Shown here one piece after another: positions 56,394 through 64,000 of a stretch of DNA of 64,000 nucleotides; position 1 is the stretch's first letter; each line of letters starts with the position of its first letter. Source of the stretch: Candidatus Eiseniibacteriota bacterium (lineage in GTDB: Bacteria > Eisenbacteria > RBG-16-71-46); contig CAVQXP010000003.1 of the NCBI GenBank assembly GCA_963717935.1, positions 40,203-104,202 of the forward strand. The letters run 5' to 3'. The position numbers and the translations under genes are program-made. The notes under the pieces are model-generated. The model saw only the letters and a list, made by a program, of their open reading frames with translations. It ran no database searches and was not told the DNA's origin.

Positions 56394-58383
56394 ACCCAAG
56401 ACTACCGTTTCGCCATCATGCACGGCCACGGAGCTGTCAATTTCTTTTTTATCAATAGTTGGGGATTGCTTTTGTGTTGCTGAAGCGGAAGATGCTACTG
56501 GTACTACGTTACTGACAATTTGTTTCAGTTTCATAATCACCAAGCCGTTGGCATTGACTCTGGGAGTGACATCCAGGGTAACACCGGTATCTTTATATTG
56601 AATGGTATTGGATACGGCTCCATTGTTAATAGCACCACCCAGAGGGATCGTGGTACTGCCGGTTGATATGGGGACTTGTTGACCCACATTTATTTTTGCT
56701 TTCTGATTATTTAACACCATTAACGAAGGTGAAGAAATAACGTTGACATTTCCTAATGACGCCTCTGCACGTAAAAGCGCTTTCACCGAGCCCGCATTAT
56801 AAAACATGCTAAGACCGCCGGTTGATGCTGCTGCTGCTGCTGCTGCTGCTGAGGGAAGACTACCTATAAATCCCGTGGGTTTATCGTCATTATTTAAATA
56901 CCAGGCGATACCATACTTTAAATTATCCTCTAATTTGACCTGCACGACTGTGGCATCAATCAAAACTTGTAGCGGCATTACATCCAGTTGGTTAATAATC
57001 GGCAAGATGACTTCGTAGTCTTGCGCAGAGGCCACGATAATCACTGAATTATTGGGTTCATCGGCAATGATATTTACCTTGCCGACATTGGCGACTTTAA
57101 TATCTCCAGAGTCCACTGCCTCCCGATGATTTTTCATCTGACTTATTTACGGCGAACGCTCCCAGATTGCCGGATGGCTCATTACCTGCCGATGACTTTT
57201 CATCAGACTGTGTAAAGGCTAGGGATCCCGGAGTGCCGGACAGCGTATTACCAGTATTGCCGGTATTGCTCGCATTCGACATTGATGAAGCTGTTTCTCC
57301 AGGCGCAACCTTGGCTGATTTGGTTTTTTTGGCACCCCCTGAGAAAATTGCATTCAAGGTATCTGCCAATTCCCCGGCATCAGCATGTTGCACTTTATAG
57401 ACATTTACACCACCGCCCGAAGCCGTATTGGCCTTATCCAACCTGAATACCCAGTTTTCAATATCATTCAGATAGTGCGCCTGACGGGTAACCGCCAAGA
57501 CCGCATTTAAGCGATCTATCGGTAAAAACTCAAAAAACTCTGATTTGTCGCCTTTACCTTTTGGATGAAAAACCGTTTGTAACTCTTCAATCATGGTGTC
57601 AGGATCAACATGGGCCAATGGGAATAAACCAAATGAACGCCCCTTTAATAAATCAATATCAAAAGTGCTGACTAAATCCATTACCCTCGCGATTTCATCG
57701 GCTGTTCCCGAAGCCACCATAATATTGCGGGCGGGATCTACATTGAGTATGGTTTTTTCATGCACCAAGGGTTTCAAAATATCGGCAATTTCCTGCACGG
57801 CGACGTTTCTAACCGGTATAACCCGAGTTTGATACCCTGATCGACTACTTGACATATCGGAAATAAATAAGGCATCTGCCACAGGCTCAATATGATAAAT
57901 CTTGCCATTCTTAACCAAAGCCGCATTGTTCATCCGCAGAACCATTTCCAGGGTAGGCAGTAACTCTTCTTTGGTTAAGGGTTCAGTGGTTTGTAACGTG
58001 ACCTTGCCGACTACTTTGGGGCTTAATACGTAGTTTTGCCCGAGGATATCGCTCAAGATCACTTTTGCCACTTCGCCAAGGTCGGCATCATCAAAGTTAA
58101 GACTGTATGAACCCGTACCCGTCGAGGGCGTTTTTCTGTTTTGCGGCGTGGTACCGGATACAAAACGGTCAGTCCCCGGATACAGCTCACTTTTTGTTTG
58201 TTTCGATCCGGCAGCGGGTGGTTTATTTTGCATTTGCTGAAAAACCACATCCGGTTGCTCCCTTGTTACTGAATCTAACGACCTTTTTGCGCTAAGTTGA
58301 GGGCCCATTAACTCACAGCTTCCAAGTGATAAGCCTATAAGCAAAAAGCAGGAGGCCGTTGTTACTTTTTTAAAGTTACTCAT
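56393..58383 (-). pseudogene. gspD: Type II secretion secretin GspD, +1 frameshift near 57110-57140 and 3'-truncated at the composition junction
   Basis: N0-N3 domains (..YSLNFDDADLGEVAKVILSDILGQNYVLSPKV.GKVTL.. ..VIPVRNV.. ..VYKVQHADA..). The second track ORF carries N3 and the secretin domain (..NIIADEPNNSVIIVAS.. ..QVLIDATVVQV.. ..VISSPSLMVLNNQKA.I.VGQQVP.. ..VTPRVN.. ..VAVHDGETVVLG) and then stops matching. ATG at 58383. Confidence 0.85.
56827..56850. repeat. (GCT)8 trinucleotide repeat on the plus strand, encoding Ala8 in GspD
   Basis: GCTGCTGCTGCTGCTGCTGCTGCT. On the coding strand this is (AGC/GCA)n, read as ..LPSAAAAAAAAST.. Confidence 0.9.
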
Positions 58384-59050
58384 TATTATTCTCAAATTCC
58401 CCTTCTGCAGGTTCGGGTTCGGGTATCAGGTCGGGTTGTAGTTCTGGTTGTGGTTGGGGTTCAGGATCAGTTTCGGTTTCGGGTTGTGGTTCGATTTGAG
58501 GGTTATAAGGCATTTTTGGTACATTTGACTTCTTGGATGGATCTTTCGGTTTTATTTTTCGGAGCAGTAATTCCTTTTGCTGACTACCTTGCTTAAGGAC
58601 GGCTCTGTCCTCAAGTATTTTATCCAGTTTCCAGCCATCAAGATCTGCGCCAACACCAATTCTTCGATGGTTATCTTTCGCAACTTTTGATGTAGAGCGG
58701 CTAAATAATGCAGATAAGCCTTTTTTTGTCGTATAGACGCCGCTCAATTGCCAATCAAAAGGTTTTACCACCGCCACATTCTGTGCTTGCGCTTCTTCAG
58801 GGCTCGGTTCAGCTACAGGTTTTCTGCCTTTAATAAACAGTGGCCTGGTAACCAAATCGGTATAACTTTCTTCCGACTGCCCTGTCAGCTCTATGCTCGG
58901 CATCTCGTCGTGAGATTTTTTTGCATCCACTGAAGTTATTGAGGTCAGAATCTTTTTTTGTGTATGGGCTGCCCAGAAAGATTCTCCAAAAATAATCAGT
59001 GAGAACACGGCGCAAACTGAAGCGAGCACAAAGATGAATTTACTGTTCAT
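58376..59050 (-). CDS. gspN: GspC-type inner-membrane protein of the XpsN/GspN kind (HR domain only, no PDZ) with acidic Pro-rich tail
   Basis: N-terminal TM helix, the ..LVTRPLFIKGRKP.. motif, and a PilP/HR-like core ..WQLSGVY....GLSALF......VGADLDGWKL..I....VL.. The tail is PQIEPQPETETDPEPQPQPELQPDLIPEPEPAE. Its position directly upstream of gspD matches Xps-type clusters. Confidence 0.6.
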   Translation of the reverse strand: MNSKFIFVLASVCAVFSLIIFGESFWAAHTQKKILTSITSVDAKKSHDEMPSIELTGQSEESYTDLVTRPLFIKGRKPVAEPSPEEAQAQNVAVVKPFDWQLSGVYTTKKGLSALFSRSTSKVAKDNHRRIGVGADLDGWKLDKILEDRAVLKQGSQQKELLLRKIKPKDPSKKSNVPKMPYNPQIEPQPETETDPEPQPQPELQPDLIPEPEPAEGEFENNNE

Positions 59051-59733
59051 TCTGCTTGTTTTCTCATAAAACTGACGGCCTGAAAGTTAACGTTCAATTC
59101 ATTGCTGGCTTCGATTTGGCGTGTCAATCTATTCCTTGATCCACGCATAGGTCTAATATCAATCTGATCGATAATAATTAAAGGAGTCGATGTTTCTATC
59201 TTATAAAGAACAGCACGCAAGGTTTCGCTATTTCCTGTCATTCTCACTCTGACGGTTATCCGGCTAAATTTGTCTTTATCATTATCTGGTGGAAGTGCTT
59301 GGGTACTACTCAATTGCCCTCCTGCATCAACTATCACCTTTTTGATAAATTCCTGCATTTCTGCAGATGCTAACGCATCAGTGGTCTGGCTATTAAAATA
59401 ACCTTGCGTATCATGTTGTTGTTTTATTTTAGCCATGTTGGCAATAACAGTGTCTTTCGTCGCTAAAATTCTTTCATATTGCTGCAGCTTAAATATAAGA
59501 TTATTTTTAGCTTCATTTAACTCCATTTCCTTCCTGACCAACGGTGCGAAAATGACCAAAATGATAACGAGTAATACGGCAAATAACAAACCAACGGCGA
59601 TCCAGCGTTGTTGTAATTCATGAGCATCAAGTTTTTTATCTTTACTCACAATAAATTTTTCCTGCTTTAGCCGCATCAACAGTGATCTGAAACCGTTGAA
59701 GCTTGCTAAATCGAATTTCTTATCTTTACTCAC
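59047..59733 (-). CDS. gspM: Type II secretion protein GspM (PilO-like)
   Basis: One TM helix (..WIAVGLLFAVLLVIILVIFAPL..) plus a periplasmic ferredoxin-like domain, placed between gspL and gspN. The start is ambiguous because of an 84-bp in-frame duplication: ATG 59784, GTG 59733 or GTG 59649. Confidence 0.7.
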   Translation of the reverse strand: MSKDKKFDLASFNGFRSLLMRLKQEKFIVSKDKKLDAHELQQRWIAVGLLFAVLLVIILVIFAPLVRKEMELNEAKNNLIFKLQQYERILATKDTVIANMAKIKQQHDTQGYFNSQTTDALASAEMQEFIKKVIVDAGGQLSSTQALPPDNDKDKFSRITVRVRMTGNSETLRAVLYKIETSTPLIIIDQIDIRPMRGSRNRLTRQIEASNELNVNFQAVSFMRKQAE

Positions 59734-59793
59734 TTTTAATTTTTCCTGCTTTAGCCACATCAACAGTGATCTGAAACCGTTCAAGCTTGCTAA
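59636..59793. repeat. Tandem duplication with 84-bp period, two ~74-bp copies spanning the gspL stop / gspM start
   Basis: TTATCTTTACTCAC(AATA/TTTT)AATTTTTCCTGCTTTAGCC(G/A)CATCAACAGTGATCTGAAACCGTT(G/C)AAGCTTGCTAA occurs at 59636-59709 and 59720-59793. Confidence 0.85.
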
Positions 59794-60832
59794 TCATATC
59801 CTGAGTGACTGGCGATGCAAATCGGGCATTAACAAACATATCAGAGGCCTCCAGGACGGCAATCAGTGTTGACGCTGCCGGAGATTCACCTTGTATTTGT
59901 AAATGTCCGTCCGAGTATTGCGCATAGGTGAGCCATGTGTCGTTTTTAATAAGTGAACTTAAGGTATTCAACATATCTATCACTTTAGGCGTTTCGCTTT
60001 TCTCGGCAATCAACTGCCGGGTTTCATCTATTTCTGCATCAATGTCTGACTGCAATGCCCTAACTTTTTTGGCATCCTTTTCCAGGGCACTGGTTTTTAA
60101 CTGCAAGGCGTTAACTGTTTGATATTCAAACCAGACGGGCATCGCAATAACCGCTACCAGCAGCAAACAAGTCAACGTTATTAGTGAAGAATGAATTAAA
60201 CGGGGTATTTTTGAGGTTTTTTGCCTTAGCCTTTCGGGTAAAAGATTGTAACTGTCATAGAGTTGATCAAGATTATTGGGCGAACCCTCATAATCGGCTA
60301 ATAATGGAAATAAGCCCATCGCTTTGATATCATCATAATGTCCATTAAGTAGTTGTCTGGTTGTCAATATCAACATGACCCTGATTTGTCCCGGCTCATT
60401 TTCACCAGCCAGCGGCTTGACGGCAAAATAGACTTGTTCTGTTTTAAATGGCGTATAGCGGTCAAGTTCGTAAGCGACGACCTGATATAGATTATCTTTT
60501 GCAGCGACAGGTAGGTTAAGTTCTTTTTGAATGGCGTCCTGTCCCGTTAATCTGAGTATTATATTGGCTTTCACCAACCGTTCATCTTTTTCACAAAGGC
60601 GCTGAAAGGTGAGGCCTCTGGCACCATTTTCCGGGATTTCCAGCGGTTCAATTTGCCCATTAAGCTGATAGGTCAACTCTAACTGGTCGCCTTTAGGTCT
60701 TACTATAATAAATCCTTGCTTGTTATTAACAAGCTGTTTTATTTTTTCAGGTACTAAAAAGCCAAGCTCCCGCGTCCACCAGCGGAAGAACCGATTGAAT
60801 TCCAGATCAATTGTCGAGTTCAGTTTCAGCAT
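59726..60832 (-). CDS. gspL: Type II secretion protein GspL (cytoplasmic actin-like domain, TM helix, periplasmic domain)
   Basis: 368 aa with a single central TM helix (..LITLTCLLLVAVIAMPVW..) and the N-terminal ..FFRWW..EL..L.P.. It sits between gspK and gspM. Family similarity is weak by eye, so the call rests partly on synteny. Confidence 0.7.
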   Translation of the reverse strand: MLKLNSTIDLEFNRFFRWWTRELGFLVPEKIKQLVNNKQGFIIVRPKGDQLELTYQLNGQIEPLEIPENGARGLTFQRLCEKDERLVKANIILRLTGQDAIQKELNLPVAAKDNLYQVVAYELDRYTPFKTEQVYFAVKPLAGENEPGQIRVMLILTTRQLLNGHYDDIKAMGLFPLLADYEGSPNNLDQLYDSYNLLPERLRQKTSKIPRLIHSSLITLTCLLLVAVIAMPVWFEYQTVNALQLKTSALEKDAKKVRALQSDIDAEIDETRQLIAEKSETPKVIDMLNTLSSLIKNDTWLTYAQYSDGHLQIQGESPAASTLIAVLEASDMFVNARFASPVTQDMISKLERFQITVDVAKAGKIKSE

Positions 60833-61784
60833 ACTGTTTCACTACTAATTCACTCATTGCATCGGTAAATAATGAGGCATTATTTGCGGTTAAATGCTGC
60901 CATTTTAATACTTGAAAGGGTGTTGTTTGAGCTTGGTCGGATTGGCTTATCGCCACGCTTATCACTGCACTGGATTCATCACTCATAAGGGCTTCAGAAA
61001 CAAGGGAAATCACATTATTTTGTCCGGAGGGGTTATTATTCAGTCCGGCGGGGCTATTTTGTCCTGAACTTGAAGGAAATGGCGGAGCAGGCAGATTATT
61101 TTTCGCGCTTTCCAGTCTGGCAGCAATATAGGAATCTACCAGCCCTCTATCCAAGCCGGGAATGACCTGTAATACTTCTTTGGCAGCCTGTTGCACTGTA
61201 ACTTGCTGCTGCCCTGAATAAGTGGTGATTAATGGCTCAATCCAATTAAAAACTGCCTTATCCATACCCAATACCATCTGTAATTCTTCAATTGACTGAA
61301 AAGATTTATTTCCAGGCTGATAGTCCAAGCCCGCATCCTTATATTCTGCTTTTTCCGCGCCCTCTAAATGCACCAAATCATCTTCATCACGCCAATCGAT
61401 AATGGCATTGACAAGCTTCTCTTGCTGATCCGAATCTACCGGGGAGGATGCCAACAAGCTTTTTAATAATCCTTCACTTGCCTTATTAATGTCTATTTTA
61501 CCTTTTTCAGATAAAAGCCTTACCCGAACTTTGGCATCCGCCGCCGTAATTTCATAAATATTGCCGTCTGCACGCCAAGCTTTATCCGGTTCAGGGTTCA
61601 ACAACATCATTTCAGCCATTGCAATACCGGACTCTGCAATAGCCAGAGCCTGGGCATTATTTTTAACCGCCCCTATAATAGAGGACTCGCGGCGCATACT
61701 CAGTGCAAAACTTCCGGCCATAATAGTCAGTAAACTCAACACCCACAGCACGAGAACCAAAGCCATACCCTTTTGCCGTATCAC
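60807..61784 (-). CDS. gspK: Type II secretion minor pseudopilin GspK
   Basis: ..QKGMALVLVLWVLSLLTIMAGSFA.. ..A.A.AESGI..A.. ..INKAS...L..LL.. ..I.DW.D.D......GAE...Y...G..Y.P.N..F.S..EL..V.G.. is the GspK pattern. Confidence 0.85.
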   Translation of the reverse strand: MIRQKGMALVLVLWVLSLLTIMAGSFALSMRRESSIIGAVKNNAQALAIAESGIAMAEMMLLNPEPDKAWRADGNIYEITAADAKVRVRLLSEKGKIDINKASEGLLKSLLASSPVDSDQQEKLVNAIIDWRDEDDLVHLEGAEKAEYKDAGLDYQPGNKSFQSIEELQMVLGMDKAVFNWIEPLITTYSGQQQVTVQQAAKEVLQVIPGLDRGLVDSYIAARLESAKNNLPAPPFPSSSGQNSPAGLNNNPSGQNNVISLVSEALMSDESSAVISVAISQSDQAQTTPFQVLKWQHLTANNASLFTDAMSELVVKQYAETELDN

Positions 61785-61800
61785 TCAAACGCCACTCAGT

Positions 61801-62481
61801 TTAATTAGTATTTTGAAAGTTGCCAGCATTGTTTGTATTATCAATGCCGAGACCTCCGTTGCTTGCCTCGCCCGTAACCTTAAGATCAATTATCATTTCC
61901 GGCCAGTAGATGCCATTTTCCAGTTGGATGTTAATTTTAACTAATCGGGGCAGAACTGTTTTATTCAGCCATTCCGCATTCCAGACTCCTTCGCTCATTC
62001 CATCCTCTGAACCAAAATAAGCCAGGGAAAAATCGCTTACGTGCCTTATTAACGTCACCTCTTCATCGGGCCATTTTGAGCCCTCGGCCAACTTGGCAAA
62101 CGGGGTTAAATTCACTTTAACAATCGGCTCATTATCTTCTTCCGTCAGAGATAAGGAAAATAACTGTAAACCGGACCTGCCGGCACTTGCCGGGAAAGCT
62201 GAAACAAAATGTACAGAGTCTGCATTGCCTTGAAAAGAAAAAGTTTTCTCTTCATCTTCTTTAAAATCATTCCATAAGGGTTGTGCAACAGATAGATGCC
62301 TTTGAAAAAAATTATAAACGACAGCGATTTCATTGACTTCAGATATCTTGGTTTCACCCTTCTCCCAGCTATCGGCACAAATTTTTAAACTGGTAAATAG
62401 TAGCACAACCATAATACTTAATAGCGTCATCGCGATGAGTACTTCAATCAGGGTAAAGCCACCCGGGCGCGAGGAGCTCAA
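61801..62481 (-). CDS. gspJ: Type II secretion minor pseudopilin GspJ
   Basis: Prepilin-type N-terminus ..PGGFTLIEVLIAMTLLSIMVVLL.., about 226 aa, placed between gspI and gspK. Confidence 0.8.
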   Translation of the reverse strand: MSSSRPGGFTLIEVLIAMTLLSIMVVLLFTSLKICADSWEKGETKISEVNEIAVVYNFFQRHLSVAQPLWNDFKEDEEKTFSFQGNADSVHFVSAFPASAGRSGLQLFSLSLTEEDNEPIVKVNLTPFAKLAEGSKWPDEEVTLIRHVSDFSLAYFGSEDGMSEGVWNAEWLNKTVLPRLVKINIQLENGIYWPEMIIDLKVTGEASNGGLGIDNTNNAGNFQNTN

Positions 62482-62498
62482 ACGGTGTGATCGTTCAG

Positions 62499-62576
62499 TC
62501 CCCTCTTTGGAAAAGAGGGGTTAGGGGAGATTTTATTAGATAAATCCCCCTCAATCCCCCTTTTACAAAGGGGGAG
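62499..62576. repeat. REP/MITE-like nested palindromic element in the gspI-gspJ spacer
   Basis: Arm A is TCCCCTCTTTGGAAAAGAGGGGTTAGGGGAGATTT. Arm B, inverted, is AAATCCCCCTCAATCCCCCTTTTACAAAGGGGGAG. Each arm has its own 8-bp hairpin (CCCCTCTT/AAGAGGGG and CCCCCTTT/AAAGGGGG). Confidence 0.7.
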
Positions 62577-62631
62577 GTGAACGCTTACCAAACGGCAGGT
62601 TTTTTTAATTCTGTGCCTTGTTCCCTGCGAA

Positions 62632-63057
62632 TTAATTGCTCTCATTTGTCTTATTGATCAATTTTAAAGTGGTTAATTTAACCTGTCTGTCATTGTCACC
62701 ATCATCACCCCAACTTACGATGACCTTAATTTTAAAGAGCTCTGCCTTCATAGTCGTAACATCAACATTTTCAGGATTAAACACAAACGGGCTGACTTCA
62801 ACCAGCCAATGATATTTATTATTTTCCAGTCCTGAATCCTCGCCTGGTTGCAATGGCGTTTCCACTCCTGTTTTAGCCATTAAGCCTTCAGCAATTTGAA
62901 CGGCCGCCGTATAGTCTTCTGCAACAACCGCCGTATTGACACCTGAGGAAAATATCTTTAGCAAGATACCCAACGAAATTGCGAGGATTGAAAATGCAAT
63001 CAGGATTTCCAGCAAAGAAAACCCCTTTTGCTTATTTGCTGCCGCTGGTGTCTTCAA
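62632..63057 (-). CDS. gspI: Type II secretion minor pseudopilin GspI
   Basis: ..KQKGFSLLEILIAFSILAISL.. prepilin N-terminus, 141 aa. Confidence 0.85.
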   Translation of the reverse strand: MKTPAAANKQKGFSLLEILIAFSILAISLGILLKIFSSGVNTAVVAEDYTAAVQIAEGLMAKTGVETPLQPGEDSGLENNKYHWLVEVSPFVFNPENVDVTTMKAELFKIKVIVSWGDDGDNDRQVKLTTLKLINKTNESN

Positions 63058-63562
63058 GTTCTATTTGACCGGTTAACCAGTTGATATCGATTTGCCAGGC
63101 TGCTTTGCCCCGCTCCAGCGTAACTCTGCCGCCCGTTGAGGAGCCGTCGGCAAAAAAACGGATACTCCCCAAACCTTTGCTGATTATCTCGCTTTGCGCA
63201 GTGACCACTGTGAGGTCAACGGTTTCGGGGATATAGAAAACCTTGTCCCGACCATTTACCGTGTAAGTGTTTTCTGAAAGATCAAAGGTTACGACAGTTT
63301 CCTGATGTGACATTAAAGCCTGTCCCCTGGCAAAGCGAAGAGCCGAAACAATGTCTCTGGCTGCGACTTTAAGCTCGGCTGAATCATTCCCGGAAGAAAG
63401 GTTAATGCCAATCACAGAAAAGCCTAATACGACAATAAATAACACAACAGTTAGTTCAAGCAGGGTAAAGCCTCTATTCAGGCCTAAGTTTGCAGGCACA
63501 AAGTGCCGGTTCTTTTTACCTGTGAACCTTATGCTGATCAGCTTATTCCCAACTGACAACAT
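63032..63562 (-). CDS. gspH: Type II secretion minor pseudopilin GspH
   Basis: ..NRGFTLLELTVVLFIVVLGF.. ..AARDIVSALRFARGQAL.. The start is uncertain: ATG 63562 overlaps gspG, while GTG 63499 would give a 10-aa leader. Confidence 0.8.
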   Translation of the reverse strand: MLSVGNKLISIRFTGKKNRHFVPANLGLNRGFTLLELTVVLFIVVLGFSVIGINLSSGNDSAELKVAARDIVSALRFARGQALMSHQETVVTFDLSENTYTVNGRDKVFYIPETVDLTVVTAQSEIISKGLGSIRFFADGSSTGGRVTLERGKAAWQIDINWLTGQIELEDTSGSK

Positions 63563-63971
63563 CCTGATCTTCGCCTGTACCACCTTCCTTACCGTCCGCA
63601 CCCATGGAAGATATGTCAAACCTTCCGTGTTCGCCGGGGGACACATAATGGTATTCGTTCTGCCATGGATCAAGAGGTATTTTGGCTTTGCTTAAATACG
63701 GGCCGTTCCAGTGCTTTGCAGTGTCAGGCGCTTCAATTAATGCCTGCAAACCTTGCTCGGTAGTCGGATAATTTCCCGCATCCAGTTTATACATATCCAG
63801 CGTAGCCGACAGATCTTCAATTTGTACCTTTGCCGCTTTGGTTTTGGATTCGCCCATGTGCTTCATGACCTGTGGGCCGACAATCCCGGCCAGCATGGCA
63901 ATAATGCCCAACACAACCAATAACTCAAGTAAGGTGAAGCCTGCTTGCTTATCATTTTTAATATGTTTCAT
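63543..63971 (-). CDS. gspG: Type II secretion major pseudopilin GspG
   Basis: MKHIKNDKQAGFTLLELLVVLGIIAMLAGIVGPQVM......K.A...I..L...L..Y.LD.G.YPT..QGL.AL........W.GPYL.....DPW...Y.Y..PG.HG.FD..S.G.DG. is the canonical GspG pattern. An alternative ATG lies at 63983. Confidence 0.9.
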   Translation of the reverse strand: MKHIKNDKQAGFTLLELLVVLGIIAMLAGIVGPQVMKHMGESKTKAAKVQIEDLSATLDMYKLDAGNYPTTEQGLQALIEAPDTAKHWNGPYLSKAKIPLDPWQNEYHYVSPGEHGRFDISSMGADGKEGGTGEDQDVVSWE

Positions 63972-64000
63972 TGTTAGTTCCATTTTCGTTAAAAAGCTAA

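Noticed and set aside
56827-56850. (GCT)8 as a phase-variation on/off switch for gspD
   Set aside because: The unit length is 3 nt, so slippage keeps the reading frame. It can alter loop length only.
56393-64000. AT-rich T2SS segment as a horizontally acquired genomic island in the GC-rich genome
   Set aside because: A GC gap this large with no amelioration, both boundary genes truncated at the same nucleotide, and no integrase, att repeat, IS end or tRNA at the boundary all argue for a chimeric or concatenated sequence. The right-hand boundary is not in the window.

Overview
The window has two parts, so it looks like a chimera. Positions 1 to ~56392 are very GC-rich (over 70% by eye). Positions ~56393 to 64000 are AT-rich (~40% by eye). 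The switch falls within a few nucleotides and cuts two convergent genes at the same point, a NuoF-like flavoprotein gene (+) and the secretin gene gspD (-). I read this as a chimeric contig or a concatenation, not an integration event. The GC-rich part carries: a partial response regulator; tRNA-Asn; a hemerythrin/PAS protein; pfk; hydrogenase maturation genes (hypFCDE on +, hypAB on -); PBP1A; a hybrid histidine kinase; a YkuD-Mur ligase fusion; two divergent GT-C-like membrane proteins; ispG; ettA; chrA; a CDGSH/MBL operon; an ArsR-ACR3-permease-thioredoxin-like-CDF operon opposite a thioredoxin-CcdA pair; an ECF sigma factor with a fused ZAS domain; a Tat-signal small protein plus amidase; YceI; a Zn-peptidase/ATP-grasp pair; an HNH gene; a DAACS transporter; a lower-GC islet starting at a truncated tRNA-Lys (IS3 element, IS630 remnant, TMTC-like TPR protein); moeA; P5C dehydrogenase; and an AOR N-domain plus NuoE/NuoF-like genes. 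The AT-rich part is an Xps-type type II secretion operon, gspG-H-I-J-K-L-M-N(C)-D, on the minus strand. The most interesting signal is a small minus-strand gene (29521..29820). Two tandem in-frame TGA codons join its two clearly coding halves, and a SECIS-like hairpin with a GGUC loop follows directly, which makes it a candidate Sec-Sec selenoprotein. Six genes are broken by frameshifts that all need the same +1 correction, which suggests systematic insertion errors. No CRISPR array or rRNA was seen. All calls come from reading the sequence and the ORF track by eye, with no searches run.
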